Assembly (NCBI RefSeq): GCF_009914755.1
Contig: NC_060930.1
DNA: 64,000 nucleotides
Reading direction: 5' to 3' (one strand)
Source of the DNA: the human T2T-CHM13v2.0 reference genome, Homo sapiens
A program made the translations under genes and the position numbers. This document shows positions 14,746 through 27,410 of this stretch, in pieces. Each line of letters begins with the position of its first letter. The stretch's first letter is position 1. The notes under the pieces are model-generated. The model saw only the letters and a program-made list of their open reading frames with translations, was not told the DNA's origin and ran no database searches.

Positions 14746-15502
14746 TAGAAACCAAACAGCAACTCTGTGGCTCATTCCCACACAGCAAATTCTGGAGCCT
14801 TCTTTCTCCCATCCCTTCCTTGAGAGCTACTGGGATTTCTTGCAAGTGCTAGAAAGTGACCACAGGCTGTCCTTTTGATAAGGACATGGGACCAGATAAT
14901 GTCAAGTGCTTCTCATTGCTACAGGGTGAAAGAGTTTTCCTCTCTCCACCATCACTGCCTTGTCGCCATGAAGTCCTCCTTCCCTTCTGATTTTCATTCA
15001 TATACAGCCATTGCTCTGTTCCTTTTGCGAACACCCCAGCCTGAGGTGGGAAAGTACCCACCACTGGGAATTGCTTCACTTTCTTTTACTTGACAATGAA
15101 GCCATGCTGACTTATTCTCTGGTGTCTTATTGAAGTGCAGTCGATTCAGCTCTTTCATGTCCCTTACTTTTTATGATAGCTTCCTTCCCTTGAAATCTGG
15201 TCTGAGCCCAATCCAAGTGACATACACTGTGTTGGCCCTGAGGGCCCTTGTCCTTGTTATATGGCCTTTGTCCTTGACCCAGTCCGTGAACCTTAACTCT
15301 CAGTTCAGCAGCAGTGAACCCCTTATCGGGTTGGCGTGGTGCTTGCACTGGGGACTAAAGTTGGGGGTGGCTTTCCTCTCTGCATCCTGCTTATTTATAC
15401 ATCGTGTAATTCACCTTAATTAAAAGACAAAAATCATGAAATTGGGACTTGTTTGAGCAAATCATGGGAGCGTGGTTTCTCTAAGAATGTGTATTGTTGT
15501 CT

Positions 15503-15800
15503 CTGTCAGTCAGGCTCCAGGCAGGAAGCAGTTGGCACTCCCAAAAGGGTTTGATGGATAAGAGTTTAATGAGAAGGCTATTTACAGAGGAGGGAGTAGA
15601 GAGATGGTGACGCACTCAGGAAGGAGCAGCACCAGGAAGCCGTTAGTGCTTCTCCACCTGAAGATGTGAGAGCAAGGAGTGGTGTCGTCAGAGCTCTGCC
15701 TGCTGGAGCTGTGCAGGAGGGACCACTTGGCAGGAGCTGTGGATCCAGAGGGACACAGCCTCTGCCAGACTCATGGCTTAGCAGAAACGTAATGGGGGAG
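15503..15800 (-). mobile_element. Old ERVL-class LTR fragment
   Basis: TGTCAGTCAGGCTCCAGGCAGGAAGCAG..GAGTTTAATGAGAAGGCTATTTACAGAGG. Confidence 0.55.
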
Positions 15801-16299
15801 TGGGCACTCTGAAATTTCAGGGACTTGGCACCTCCCTGAGTTTCTTAATTTACCTAGTTCATTGCTCTTCCGTGACCAACCTCACAGGCCTCAGTTCTTT
15901 GGCTCTCATTCATGTCTCATTAAAGTCACGTACCAGGGCTGCTTATAGACCTGGCTATCTGCTCGGTTTCTTCTAGCTGGGGAATGGTGAAATGTTCAGG
16001 AGGAAAGAAATCTGAAGAGGTCATCTATTGTAGCATTTCCCAAACTGCCTTTGATGGAACACTAAGTTCTCACAATGGTTGTCCTAGGGAAAAAGAAAGT
16101 TCTGTGGTTAAAGAAATTTAAGTAGCCCTTTTCCATCTCCCCTACTTTTCCCCCTAGAGAGCCACAATGCTCAGAGAAGCACTGCAGTAAAAAAACAAAA
16201 ACAAAAAACACCCTAGTTTTACGATGTCTAAACTAGCGCTTCTCAATTTATCTAAAGGGACTTTTTCCATGGTATACCCCACAGAACGAGTGTTTTGAG

Positions 16300-16830
16300 G
16301 TTTGTATCAGAATTTATATTCAGCTATAGCCACATGGAACAGAAACCTGGCTAGAGTTGTTCTGTCAACTGGGGTTCTTTATTTTTCTTACACAACCAGT
16401 TCAGCAGACACACTCCAGAGTTGGTAGGGTGGTTCCACAGTGCCATCAGGGACCCAGGCTCCCTCTCTCTCTCTCTTCTTCAGCCTTCTTTAGAATGGAA
16501 CCTTTGTCTTTGTGCTCATTGCTTCATGGTTACAATGTGGCTGCATCACCTCCATCTTCAATCTGCATTCCAGGCAGGAAGAAAGAAAATGACAATGCAT
16601 AAAAAGTGCATGCCAGCTACTTCCAGTCTCTTTAATAAGCTTCTCGGAAAGTCCTGGCCATACACATCAAAATTCTGTTGAATAGAGGTCCCAAACTGCA
16701 GTGGAGTCCGGGGGGAAGCTGAACATTTTTTAATTGGGCATGTTGCTGCTGCAAACAAAAGCAGGGACCCATTCATAGGAAGAAAGAAGAAGAGATCAGA
16801 CATTAGGTGAACAATGAGCATCATGTGTCA
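16300..16830 (-). mobile_element. MLT1 (J/K-like) MaLR LTR
   Basis: CAGTGCCATCAGGGACCCAGGCTCC, CATGGTTACAATGTGGCTGC, CCCAAACTGCAG. Confidence 0.65.
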
Positions 16831-16954
16831 CATCGATCAAACCTTGTTTCTCTCTTCAGCAGGCTGATTCTAAAATCTTCACAGGTAAAATAAAAACAAA
16901 CAAAAACCTATGTAATCAATAGAAAAAGCAAATTCTAAGCAACAAGCCACTTGG

Positions 16955-17410
16955 TATGGCAGAGTCTGCAGAAAATACTATTGGTGCTCTGCCCAGACCC
17001 CTGGTTGCTGTGGGTGCTCCAGCTAATGGTTCACACCTGTGTGGGCTGCCCTTGGGTTGTCCATCCCCTCTACCCAGAGGTACCTGGAAGTTACACCCAC
17101 TTGCCCCACCCCAGCCCACCTCTCCCCTGCATCCTGTGACCAATGACTCACTAGGAAAGGGGAAAAGCCCCATTTTTTTGCCCCTTATGGGGACAAATGT
17201 GTCTCGGTCCAAGTCACCCTTCAGAGTTCCTCACAGCATGAGGCTGAAGTTAGACCTCACCCGAAACCACATTCTTTCCCAGATCCCTCCCCTGCCTTTT
17301 CCTATTTCCTTCATTCCCTTTCTGGTTCTTCCTGAGAGCTCAGTTTCACCAAATCACACATACACCCATCCTGTCCGAGGCTCTGCTTCTAGCGAACCCA
17401 ATCTAAAATG
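16955..17410 (+). mobile_element. LTR16-family (ERVL) solo LTR
   Basis: GACCAATGACT, GGGACAAA, CAGAGTTCC..AGGCTGAAG, terminal GCTCTGCTTCTAGCGAACCCAA. Confidence 0.75.
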
Positions 17411-17654
17411 TCCTGGGTAAAGCAGGCTATTCTTTATTACACCCTAAGGGAAGGGATCTAAAACCCTTCCCCTCAGCCCAGTTTGTGGCCACTGGTGGGC
17501 TTTGGCTTGGCCTGGGTGTTGTGGAGGCAGATCCTCATTCCACCCTGATGATGGCTGTGGGAATGCTCCTTGCCAAGTCCTCAGATATGTTTGAGGAGGC
17601 CTCCTGACAAGGCATTTAGCACAAGGGGTCCAGCATTGTCTCTTCTCAAGGCAG

Positions 17655-17815
17655 ATATTCTTAGAAACTTTGATTTGCATTTGTAAGCCTGTAAACTGAA
17701 GGGAGTGTGTGTGTGTGTGTGTGTGTGATTTTCCATCTTGTGGCAATGGCAGCTGGGTATTTATAGCTGGATCTTCAGGGCCATTCTCACGTGGCTAAAG
17801 AAAATGAAAACCTCA
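17655..17815. promoter_or_regulatory. Candidate enhancer (dense TF motif cluster)
   Basis: TTCTTAGAA 17658, ATTTGCAT 17673, CAGCTG 17750, GTATTTATAG ~17757, CACGTG 17788, GAAAATGAAA 17800. Confidence 0.35.
17705..17727. repeat. (GT)n microsatellite
   Basis: Seen directly. Confidence 0.95.
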
Positions 17816-18759
17816 TGTGGATGTTGTTTTGTTTTCTCTCTCTGCCTCCGCCATTGCAAGCACTCCAGTTGTTAAACCCTTATTGTTGTAACTAGAGCCA
17901 CCCTGAGCATCCCTGCGATGGAGGGGTTATGTACATTGACTATTTCAGGACAAAGTGCCTGTTCTCCTTCAGGCAGGCCACAGAGTAAAGGAGGGGACTT
18001 TTGGGGAGAGCTCGTGGGCAACACCAAATGGCAACCCCACCCGGCACCCTCCTCTCTGGAACGTCTGCCTGGATTTACCCCATGGAATGTGGATTCCTTA
18101 AATCACCTCATGATCCCTCTGCATATATAAGCTCCTTTGAAAGAAAACTGTTTTCTTTCTCCCTTGTTTTGCTGTATTCTGAAGTCTTTTATGTCTGGGT
18201 TTGGCCTTCTCTGTTAGGCTGAGAACACCCTGGGGGCCATGGTCTGTTTGCCCAGGTTACTAGCGCTCTTGGCAGGGGATGTTGGCGGGGGGATCTGAGA
18301 AGGGTGGCAGGAACTCAGCCCCTGGCTTTCTCCAGGATGGCTTGAGAACTCATGGAGCTCCTTAGACACCAGGGTTGGATGGTTTGCCTAATGTTTACTG
18401 AGAAGCCAGTCCCCTTCCTGATAATTGAGGGAACTGAGACTGAGGATGCAGGGCCCCTGTAGACCCTCTGTGATTTCATTCTGGTGACCTGGAACCCACA
18501 CATTTACTCCTTGGACTTAAACACTGAGGCTACAGAGAATTTGTATCTGGGGCATAGGGCAGGGTGCATAGCCCAAACCTGCCAGAACTAACAAAGGCTA
18601 CCAAAGAGCATGTTAGGAGGGGAATATAAGCCTGGTTGCTGCGGACCCCGGGAGCTAGGTCTTCCCACTCCCTGGCCAGACCCACGGCAGTCAGACCTTC
18701 TGCAGCTGTTCTCCTATGAAGGGTTTTATACACTCCTACTCTTCAAATTCAAATTCTCT

Positions 18760-18990
18760 AAATAATACCTACCATGTATGGAGGGCTCACTAGGTGCCAG
18801 ACACTGGGCTAAGCCCTTGCACATTTCAACACATCTCATTCTAACAGCTCTGCAAAGTGGGTATTATCCCATTTTATAGAAGAGGAAACTGAGGTTCTGA
18901 GAATTTAGTCAACTTTCCTGAAGTTGCACATCTAGTTTGTGGCACAGAGGGGATTCCAAGTAAGGTGTGCCTGACCCTAAGACCCATGCT
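18760..18990 (-). mobile_element. MIR
   Basis: CCCATTTTATAGAAGAGGAAACTGAGG. Confidence 0.85.
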
Positions 18991-19661
18991 TTCTGTACCG
19001 TACCCCAATCATTTCACTTCATGATGAACTTGACAATCGACTGTACCTGAATTCTGCTTTGTTATAACTCTCTAGCCTCCACAAACACTCAGTATCCCCC
19101 GCCTCCCCACCCTGCCCCTGTCAGCCTTCTATTCTTAGTGTGGATGGTGACCTCTGACTGTGGAGTCAGCAGGTAGCTTTTGGAGTGCCTGTAACTCAAA
19201 CAATTTAATCTGACATCTCAATCCTGCCACCCTCCCCTCTGTTGCAAACACACCCTCAACTCCCTTTTCCTGCCTGCCTCTGTCCTCCTCCAGCTCCTGT
19301 GAGTTCTAGAGGGTTTCCAAACCTAGGATAGAGCCAGCAATTCATTAGTCTTTGTCCTGTTTCCAAGAATCCCAAATATATAAGAATTCCTCATTGAAAA
19401 GCCAAGCATTCTTGGGGGAAAGTGTGTGTCACCAAGAAAGCACGATTCCTCACATTGGGAAAGGGGATCGTAGTCCAGTCCAGGAAAATAAGTGTAGATT
19501 TCAGTGCCAGATGGAAGTGGATTGGCTCTCCCTGACACCTCCCCTCCCCAGCCACCCACCCCTCACAAACCACAACCGGGGAGCTTGCCTTCCCAGTTCA
19601 TCTGAGGGCACTAACCGGATGACATTTTCCTCTGGAGAGAGAAGGAAAGAAGAGGCAGATT

Positions 19662-19707
19662 GTGTGTGTGTGTGTGTGTACGTGTGTGTGTGTATGTATG
19701 TGTACAC
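19662..19707. repeat. Interrupted (TG)n microsatellite
   Basis: Seen directly. Confidence 0.9.
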
Positions 19708-20556
19708 AGTTCTCCTCACCTACAGGCCACTTTCTGTGCAGTTCCTTTTGGCATGGACCACTTACTGTTTGAAGAGCCCTCTAGTGAGTTTTTGGGGTGG
19801 GGGTGAATCATAGGCGATGAGTCTGGCTGCTCTTCCACTAGGAGGAAGCATCTCCCTCCTCTTTGGGGCAGCTCAGCTTACCAGAAGATCTAAGGTAAAT
19901 GAATAGGAAATCTGCTCGAAAGCATTTAGAAAGCAACCTCTTATGGCTGCGTTATGCAAATTCATAGGCTAGAAACAGGACAGGCACCAAGAGGAAGCAC
20001 GTGAGCTGAGTGAGCAGAGTGTGTGTGGAGTGAGTTATAATCAAGAAAAGCTTTAGGAGGATATGAAGTTGCTTTTTTTAAAAAAAATTCTCTCCTTTAT
20101 TATAAAAGAAACATGGATTTATTATACAAAATACATAGTAGCAGAAGACAAAAATAAAATTAGTTCATGAGCCCATCACGGGGCACTGAAAAGAGACTTT
20201 GATCTTTCTGTTCCTCTGCCCCCTTTCCCACAGCTTCCCACCTGGCCACAAACAACACTTGGAGAATCTGCCTTCCCAGGTCACTTAACATTTGGCAGTT
20301 AATGTTTCCAGTCTTTTCTCTCCACATACATTGTAAAAGCATGGTTGAATACATATTATATGTGCAGATGTTAGACAGTTTTGTATTGTGGTTTTATCTT
20401 CTGGTTAGTATTACCAACTTTGTAAATGAGGAGATAAGTCCAGTGAGGTGTGGAAAAGGGTCATGGCCACTGTTTGGTAGAGAGGAAACTGAGAACTGGG
20501 GGAAAGGGGCCCTAAAAGACCAGCTGATACCCTGTGGGATGGAGGATCTTTTAAAT

Positions 20557-20819
20557 CAAGCTTGTTCAGCCCGTGGCCCATGGGCTGCATGCGGCCCAGG
20601 ATGGCTTTGAATGAGGGCCAACACAAATTCATAAAATTTCTTAAAATGTTATGAGATTTTTGCAAGGTTTTATTTTTTTTAAGTTTTCTTTTTCTTTCTT
20701 TCTTTTTTTTTTTTTCTCGCTCATCAGCTATCGTTAGTGCTAGTGTATTTTATGTGTGGCCCAAGACAATTCTTCTTCTTCCAGTGTGGCCCAGGGAAGC
20801 CAAAAGATTAGACACCCTG
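20557..20819 (-). mobile_element. MER30 hAT MITE with perfect 8-bp TSD TTTTAAAT
   Basis: GGCCCAGGATGGCTTTGAATG..GGGAAGCCAAAAGATTAGACACCCTG; TTTTAAAT at 20549-56 and 20820-27. Confidence 0.93.
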
Positions 20820-21531
20820 TTTTAAATGACAGAAGATGAAGAGCATCTAAACCTCAACCTCCCAGCTCCTATGTGAGTTGGGAGCAGTAACAAAGCCAGC
20901 CTCCCCTTTGACCTTGGCTTGGTTTCCCTGGCCACAGATGGAGCTCTGATGCCTTTGTTGGGGTTGGCGTTGGCGTTGGGTGAGCACTGTGGTGAGCACT
21001 TCACATACAACTGATTTTCTGTTTTACAGATTTGGAAACTAAAGTTTAGAACAGCTAAGGACCTGGAGTAAGATCCATGTGGCACAGCAGCAGAGCTGCA
21101 ATTCAAACGCGTTCATCTTTCTCCTAACCACTGTCCTAGGCAGCTTCTAGTTCCATGGAAGAGAATGTCTCCTGATTCCTCACTTTCTGCTAAGCCTTTC
21201 TGGATTGACTCACCAAAGAACAAGGGGTGCCCTCCCACCATTTCTGTGGAACTCAAATGCCTGAGCCCTGCTGTATGGAGTGTGTATCAAGGAGATTTGA
21301 GGAAATAAGTAACCTCAGCATCTGTTCTCACCACGTGGCTCTTCCTCCAGGAAGTTTTCCAGGTTGAATTCCACTGGATACTCATCCCTCTCCTCCTCCA
21401 TTCTCTTCAGTATTAGCCTGATTCAATTCAGAGCCACTCAGTCATTGATATTGTGACCAGATGTCACCCGAGGAGCCCTGTCTTTGAGATTCAGAATAAA
21501 TTAGCTGAATCTCACTGCCACAAACAGAGGG

Positions 21532-21718
21532 CAGTGGTTCTCAAATTGTGGGACCTTAGACCAGCAGTATCAGAATCACCTGTGAACTTCTTAGAAATGC
21601 ACATCCCTGGGCTCTGCCCAAGGCTTCTGGATCAAGCTCTAGGGGTGCAGCCCAGCGATTTGTGTCTTATCAAGCTCACGTGGTGATCCTGGTGCACACT
21701 GAAGCCTGGGAACTGCTG
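21532..21718 (+). mobile_element. MER5A
   Basis: CAGTGGTTCTCAAATTGTGG..ACCAGCAGTATCAGAATCACCTG..TTAGAAATGCA. Confidence 0.88.
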
Positions 21719-21829
21719 GTCTGGAGATTCCAAAATAAGTGGTGGTGGCTTATATTTTTCACATCACCTCTGGCTCTGAGTTCCTATTTCCACTGAATTC
21801 GTTAAGATTATTAACTACCCCTAGGTGAC

Positions 21830-22090
21830 AAGCATGGTGGCCCAGAAATTAACATGAACTCTGGAGCCAGACTGCTGAGATTTCAATTCTGTCTCTAAGG
21901 CTCACTCATTGTATGGGTGTCCCTGAGCAAGTGGCATAAATTCCCTCTGCTGCAGACCTCTTATCCCTAATATGAAATAACCATGGTATTCCCCATAGGG
22001 CAGCTGTGAGCCTTCAATGAAACTGTGTCTGTTAAACACAGTTTAACAGTGCCTTACACATAGTAAGCTCACAGGAAACATTAACTCTTA
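21830..22090 (+). mobile_element. MIR
   Basis: CTCTGGAGCCAGACTGC..CAGTGCCTTACACATAGTAAGCTC. Confidence 0.75.
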
Positions 22091-22162
22091 TTGGTGTCAT
22101 GCAAACCACGAACTCTTCTGCACTGTGTTGACCCAGATGTGGAATTACTCCCATACCCCTGG

Positions 22163-22165
<3 letters not shown>

Positions 22166-22201
<36 letters not shown>
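22166..22201. repeat. (AC)18 microsatellite
   Basis: Seen directly. Confidence 0.95.
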
Positions 22202-22202
<1 letters not shown>

Positions 22203-22884
22203 GTTTACACAAGGCTTCATGAATGCGGTGAACTTTATGGAGGTCTGGGGAGACCAAGGGTATTTGTATTACAACAATTCAGAATTGAGCACTGGATAAG
22301 CTTATTCTAAAATAGATTGGCCAAAGGTTACACCATTTGGTCTTCCTCCTCTCTCCCTTGGTGCTCACAAGCAACTCACTCAAACAGGTCCCCCTCTTTA
22401 TTATGTTGAGTAATTCAGCTGTCTTTACTCTCCAGCCCCACTCCTCAACTTTGCTCCTCAGTTCACTTTGCAAATCCAAAGACAACTTCTAAAGAATGGA
22501 CCTTCTACCCTGATTCTCATGCTGGATTCCTCCCTCATAGGGAGAAGAGTAGCAATGAAGATTTATTTTTCCTACTGACATGAACTGTGCTACCTCTCAG
22601 GATGCTTTAGTGATAGTTTTGGTTTTTCTCTATAGGTATATGAATCACACGTTGTATTTTTTCTAGTAAATACTTGAGAAAGAATTTGATCCAGGAGTCT
22701 GGGGCAGAGCCCAAGGCTGCGCATTTCTAACATGTTCACAGGTAATGCTGATACTGCTTATCTGAGGTCCCACAGTTTGACTGCAATGTATTTATTTTTG
22801 CAATGGGGCATATTGCTCTATAAATGTTCTCCTGCTCTTGTTCTAAACCTTCACACCCTCATAACTAGGGATTTGATCACAGCC

Positions 22885-23100
22885 ACAGGTTCTCAATCTT
22901 GATACTAGGCCACATAATTCTTGGTTGTGGGGGGGCTATCTTTTGTATATAGGAGGCTTATTAACACCCCGAGCCTCTACTCAGTAGATCTCAGTAACAT
23001 TTACTAGTTACGAGAACCACAAAACTTCTCCAGACATTGCCAAATGTCTCTGGGGGCAGGGGGTGTGATGGGTAGCCACCCCCAGTTTTGAGAGCTGCTG
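22885..23100 (-). mobile_element. MER20
   Basis: CTCCAGACATTGCCAAATGTCTCTGGGGG core. Confidence 0.82.
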
Positions 23101-24073
23101 GTCTCAGCTAAATAGTTCCTGTAATAGTTCAAGTCCATTATATCTTATTCTACCCCACACTTTACCTCTGTATTTAAGTTCAGGGGCCTGGATTTATTCA
23201 TTGAGAAGAAAGGTATGGAGGAGTCCCAGCAGCCTCTGGATCACCCTTGATTTCCAAGGAGAATCATCAACACTTTGTGACTGCTTTTTCTCAAAGGCTC
23301 CACACTTAACCCATCTGCAGTGGAGCCAAGGACATCCAGGTCTGTTTCCAGTACCGTCTCTAGTCCTGTTAACGCTCCCCGTGTGGCGGGAAACCTCACA
23401 GGAACTAGGGAATGGCCTTTGGTTTTTGGCTTATAAATACTCATCATCACATTTCTTTTGCTGAGAAGTTTTTCAAAATCGTGTTTAACATTCTTGTTGC
23501 CGTAGTGGAAACTTTTGTTCTTTGGAGGGCTTCCCATCCTAGGCCCAGGTCAGATTCCTCAGCAGAGCTCTGAACATTTTCTAGGGAAGTTTCAGCAGTG
23601 AGATCGCACCTTTGATGCACTTACACAACTGTGGCTGGATTCTGGGTTAAGACTCCCAGGATCCCAACATACACAACAGGGAAACTATGCAGCTGGAGGA
23701 AGGGCCATGTGCCTGGGAGTCTTTCTGGGAGGCCAGGATCAAAATCCTTTTATGATTCTATTACTTTTCTGGGTTTCTCTCCTTGCCCCCTAATGTCTTA
23801 AATCTAAGATAAACAATGAGCACTTCAGTCAGTAAAAGATTATGCGTAATAACACACAATCTCCAAATTTCAGTGACTGAAAACAACAAAGGTGTATTTC
23901 TTACTCATGTTATCTGTCGGTAGTGGATCAACAGAGGGTCTCTGCTTGTTTTAGTCCCTCAGGAACTGAGGCTGGCAGAACAGGCCCTGTCTTCAATGTT
24001 GGCAGTTGCTGTTCTAAAGGAAAAGGGAGTCTGGTCCTCACAATTAAAAGCTCTAGACCACTAATGATGCTTC

Positions 24074-24801
<728 letters not shown>

Positions 24802-26162
24802 TATTTTCAGCGAATGGGCCAAAGTTAGCCACATGACTCCACCCAACACAAGGACCCAGGAAGTACCATCCTCTGTGTGTAATCGGGGGTGGGGACCAAC
24901 AATATTTGACTAAGCACCAACAACTAGAACAACTATAAATTATTTTATCTGAGGATGAAAGAAAGTATTAATCTGTGGTATTTTGACGTTAATGCATTCT
25001 ACTAACACAATGCAGAAATAGTGTTAGACTTAGCTCTACCTGCTCAATTCATTCGTAGCAGAGGTCATGGAAGAACATGGGTTGTAGCATGGCCTGGCCT
25101 CCAGGGTGACTAAATTTGAACACTGTTACTGAACATCGTCCTGTTATTCTTCTGTATTGTTTTCTTTATAACATGTTTTCTGTGTGTGATGTTGCATTTA
25201 AAGCCCATTTGTGTGCTGTGTAATTGAAGTATGCCTTGCAATTAATTTGGCCTTTGTGACCTCCTTTTAGTATAAATTCTTTAGGTTCCTTTTTCTTGCT
25301 TGGATCGGAATCATCTGAAAGGGCTCAGGAGCCAGCTGTCGCTCTGTGTTTTTTGCTACTGAGTCACTGTTTCTGACAAGCCCCTCCTGAGTGTGGGCCC
25401 TCATTTCCTTGTCTAGAGTGGGGTTGAGCAATGTGATTTCTAAGGTTCCTTCTGGCTCTGACATTCTGTGTGCCTTTGTTCCACACCCTTTTTCAGTGAT
25501 GCCAGTGCCAGGGGGTACAGCCTCAGGGATGTATAACAGGGTTTTCCTCCACAAAACTGGCAGAATTGTTCTGGGTTCTTATTTGAAAATGTGGCATGTG
25601 GCCCCTCATCAGTGCTTTGGCCATTTTGCATGCACTAACTCACAGAGAATGCAGGCTACACCCCAGCTGGTGAGCATCACCATCATCTCTATGCCCACTG
25701 GCTTTCTGTTTGGCTGGAGGGAAGCTGAGGACAAGAGGATGTTAGGTTGGAGCACAGGGAGGCCTGTGGAAGGCAGGGACGGTGTAGAGTCTGGCCCAGC
25801 TGAAAATGGGCTTGGGGAGCCTGGCCAGTCCTTCAGGTCCATCTGGGCAAACCTAGTCTTCAAAGGGCAGAGTCACAAGGACCTCAAATGCTACTTACCT
25901 CCTCCAGTACTAACATTTGACACATCTAATGCCTATTCATTGTTGTGAAGTTCAAATGAGGTAACTCATGAGGAAGTGCCCACAAAACTAAACACTTATG
26001 ACACACTCTCAAACACACTCTCAAACAATAAGAATTACTATCATGAGCTGCCTGACTCCACAAGATTTTAGTGCTAGGTGCTAGGGACAGAAAAGTGAAA
26101 AAAAGATGCTCAGTTAATTAGCATACAATGTGATGCTACCTCTAACAATAGACTTTGGATGA

Positions 26163-26497
26163 TGTCTTAGTTCAAGCTGCTCTAACAAAATACCATAGAT
26201 TGGGTGACTTACACAGCAAACGCTTATTTCTCACAGTTCTGGAGGCCGGAAAGTCAAGATCCAGGCACTGGCAGATTTGACGTCTGGTGGTTCAGCCTTC
26301 TCACTGTGTCCTCACATGGCAGATGGGATGAGACAGCTCTCTGGGGTCTCTTTTATAAGGGCATGAATCCCGTTCAGGGGAGCTCCACCCTCATGACCTA
26401 ATCATATCCCGAAGGCCCCGCCTACACATAGCATCAGATAGGGAATTCTGCCTCAACCTATGAATTTTGAGAGGACACACACATTCAGTCCATAGCA
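26163..26497 (-). mobile_element. MLT1A-like MaLR solo LTR inserted in L2
   Basis: TGTCTTAGTTCAAGCTGC..TTATTTCTCACAGTTCTGGAGGC..ACATTCAGTCCATAGCA. Confidence 0.9.
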
Positions 26498-27189
26498 ACG
26501 GGCAAAGCTTGTGAGAGCACAGAGGAAGGAGTTTTTAATGTTCAACACTCTGCTCGTGGGGGTGGAAGCCTCCATAGCAGCACTGACAGTTTAACCTGGT
26601 CTGGAAAGATGGCAAAGACTGCACAGGTGGAGGGAATGGGCATCCTAGCCTGAGTGAGTGGCAGCGTGCTGGAGAGGCTTATGGAAACCTCTGGTAATCT
26701 GGCCTGGTGGCTGGGTGGGGTGGGTGGGACCATGTGGGGGAAGCTGCGGAGGGAGCTGGTGATCAAATTAGGAAAGGTCTTGGATAATCTATGAGGAGCC
26801 TGGACTTCGCTGAATTTTTCAGTTACCAGGTTTTAAAAAACTTTTTATTTCAGTTTTTGGCTGAAAGAAGAAGCTATTATTTTAATTTTATTTAAAACCT
26901 GCCTGTGGATCTATAATAGGCAAAACTTAACTCAAATAGATTTAATCATAGCCTTGCTGCACTGTCCTGTTAATTTTGCTACTCTCCTTCCTCTTAGAGC
27001 TTCCACGTAGAATACATTTATCTTCTCGCTCTAGTCTCGTCTTGATTGAAATATTGGAGTGAGAGATAGAAGGTGGGATCTTTATTTTTTTTTCTCTGTA
27101 TACAGAATAATGCCTATTTTAGAATGTGGAAAATACTAAAAACTATAAAGATGAAAAAAGAAATTTACCCTCTGGACAAGGTTGGTAGA

Positions 27190-27410
27190 AGATGAGTGGT
27201 TGAGCTCCAGTAGAATCAGTTTTGTTCAAATCCTAATTTTTTCACATATTACCTGTAAGACCTTGGCAATTTACTATCTCCAGGCCTCAGTTTCCTCATC
27301 TGTAAAATGGGAATAATAATCACAATACCTACCTCCTAAAGTTCCTATTGGGACTAAATCATTTTCTTCATGCAAAGCACTTAGGAAAGTGCTGTGTACA
27401 TAGCAAATAA
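27190..27410 (+). mobile_element. MIR
   Basis: GCCTCAGTTTCCTCATCTGTAAAATGGGAATAATAAT. Confidence 0.88.

Noticed and set aside
25391-25948. 185-aa ORF (also 58033-58617 and 39081-39605)
   Set aside because: No recognisable domain and composition typical of random GC-rich DNA; ORFs of this length are expected by chance in 64 kb.
26001-26026. Short tandem duplications (ACACACTCTCAA x2; also ~32238 TGTACTGAG and ~46353 AGACTGGATA)
   Set aside because: Ordinary slippage micro-duplications with no further signal.
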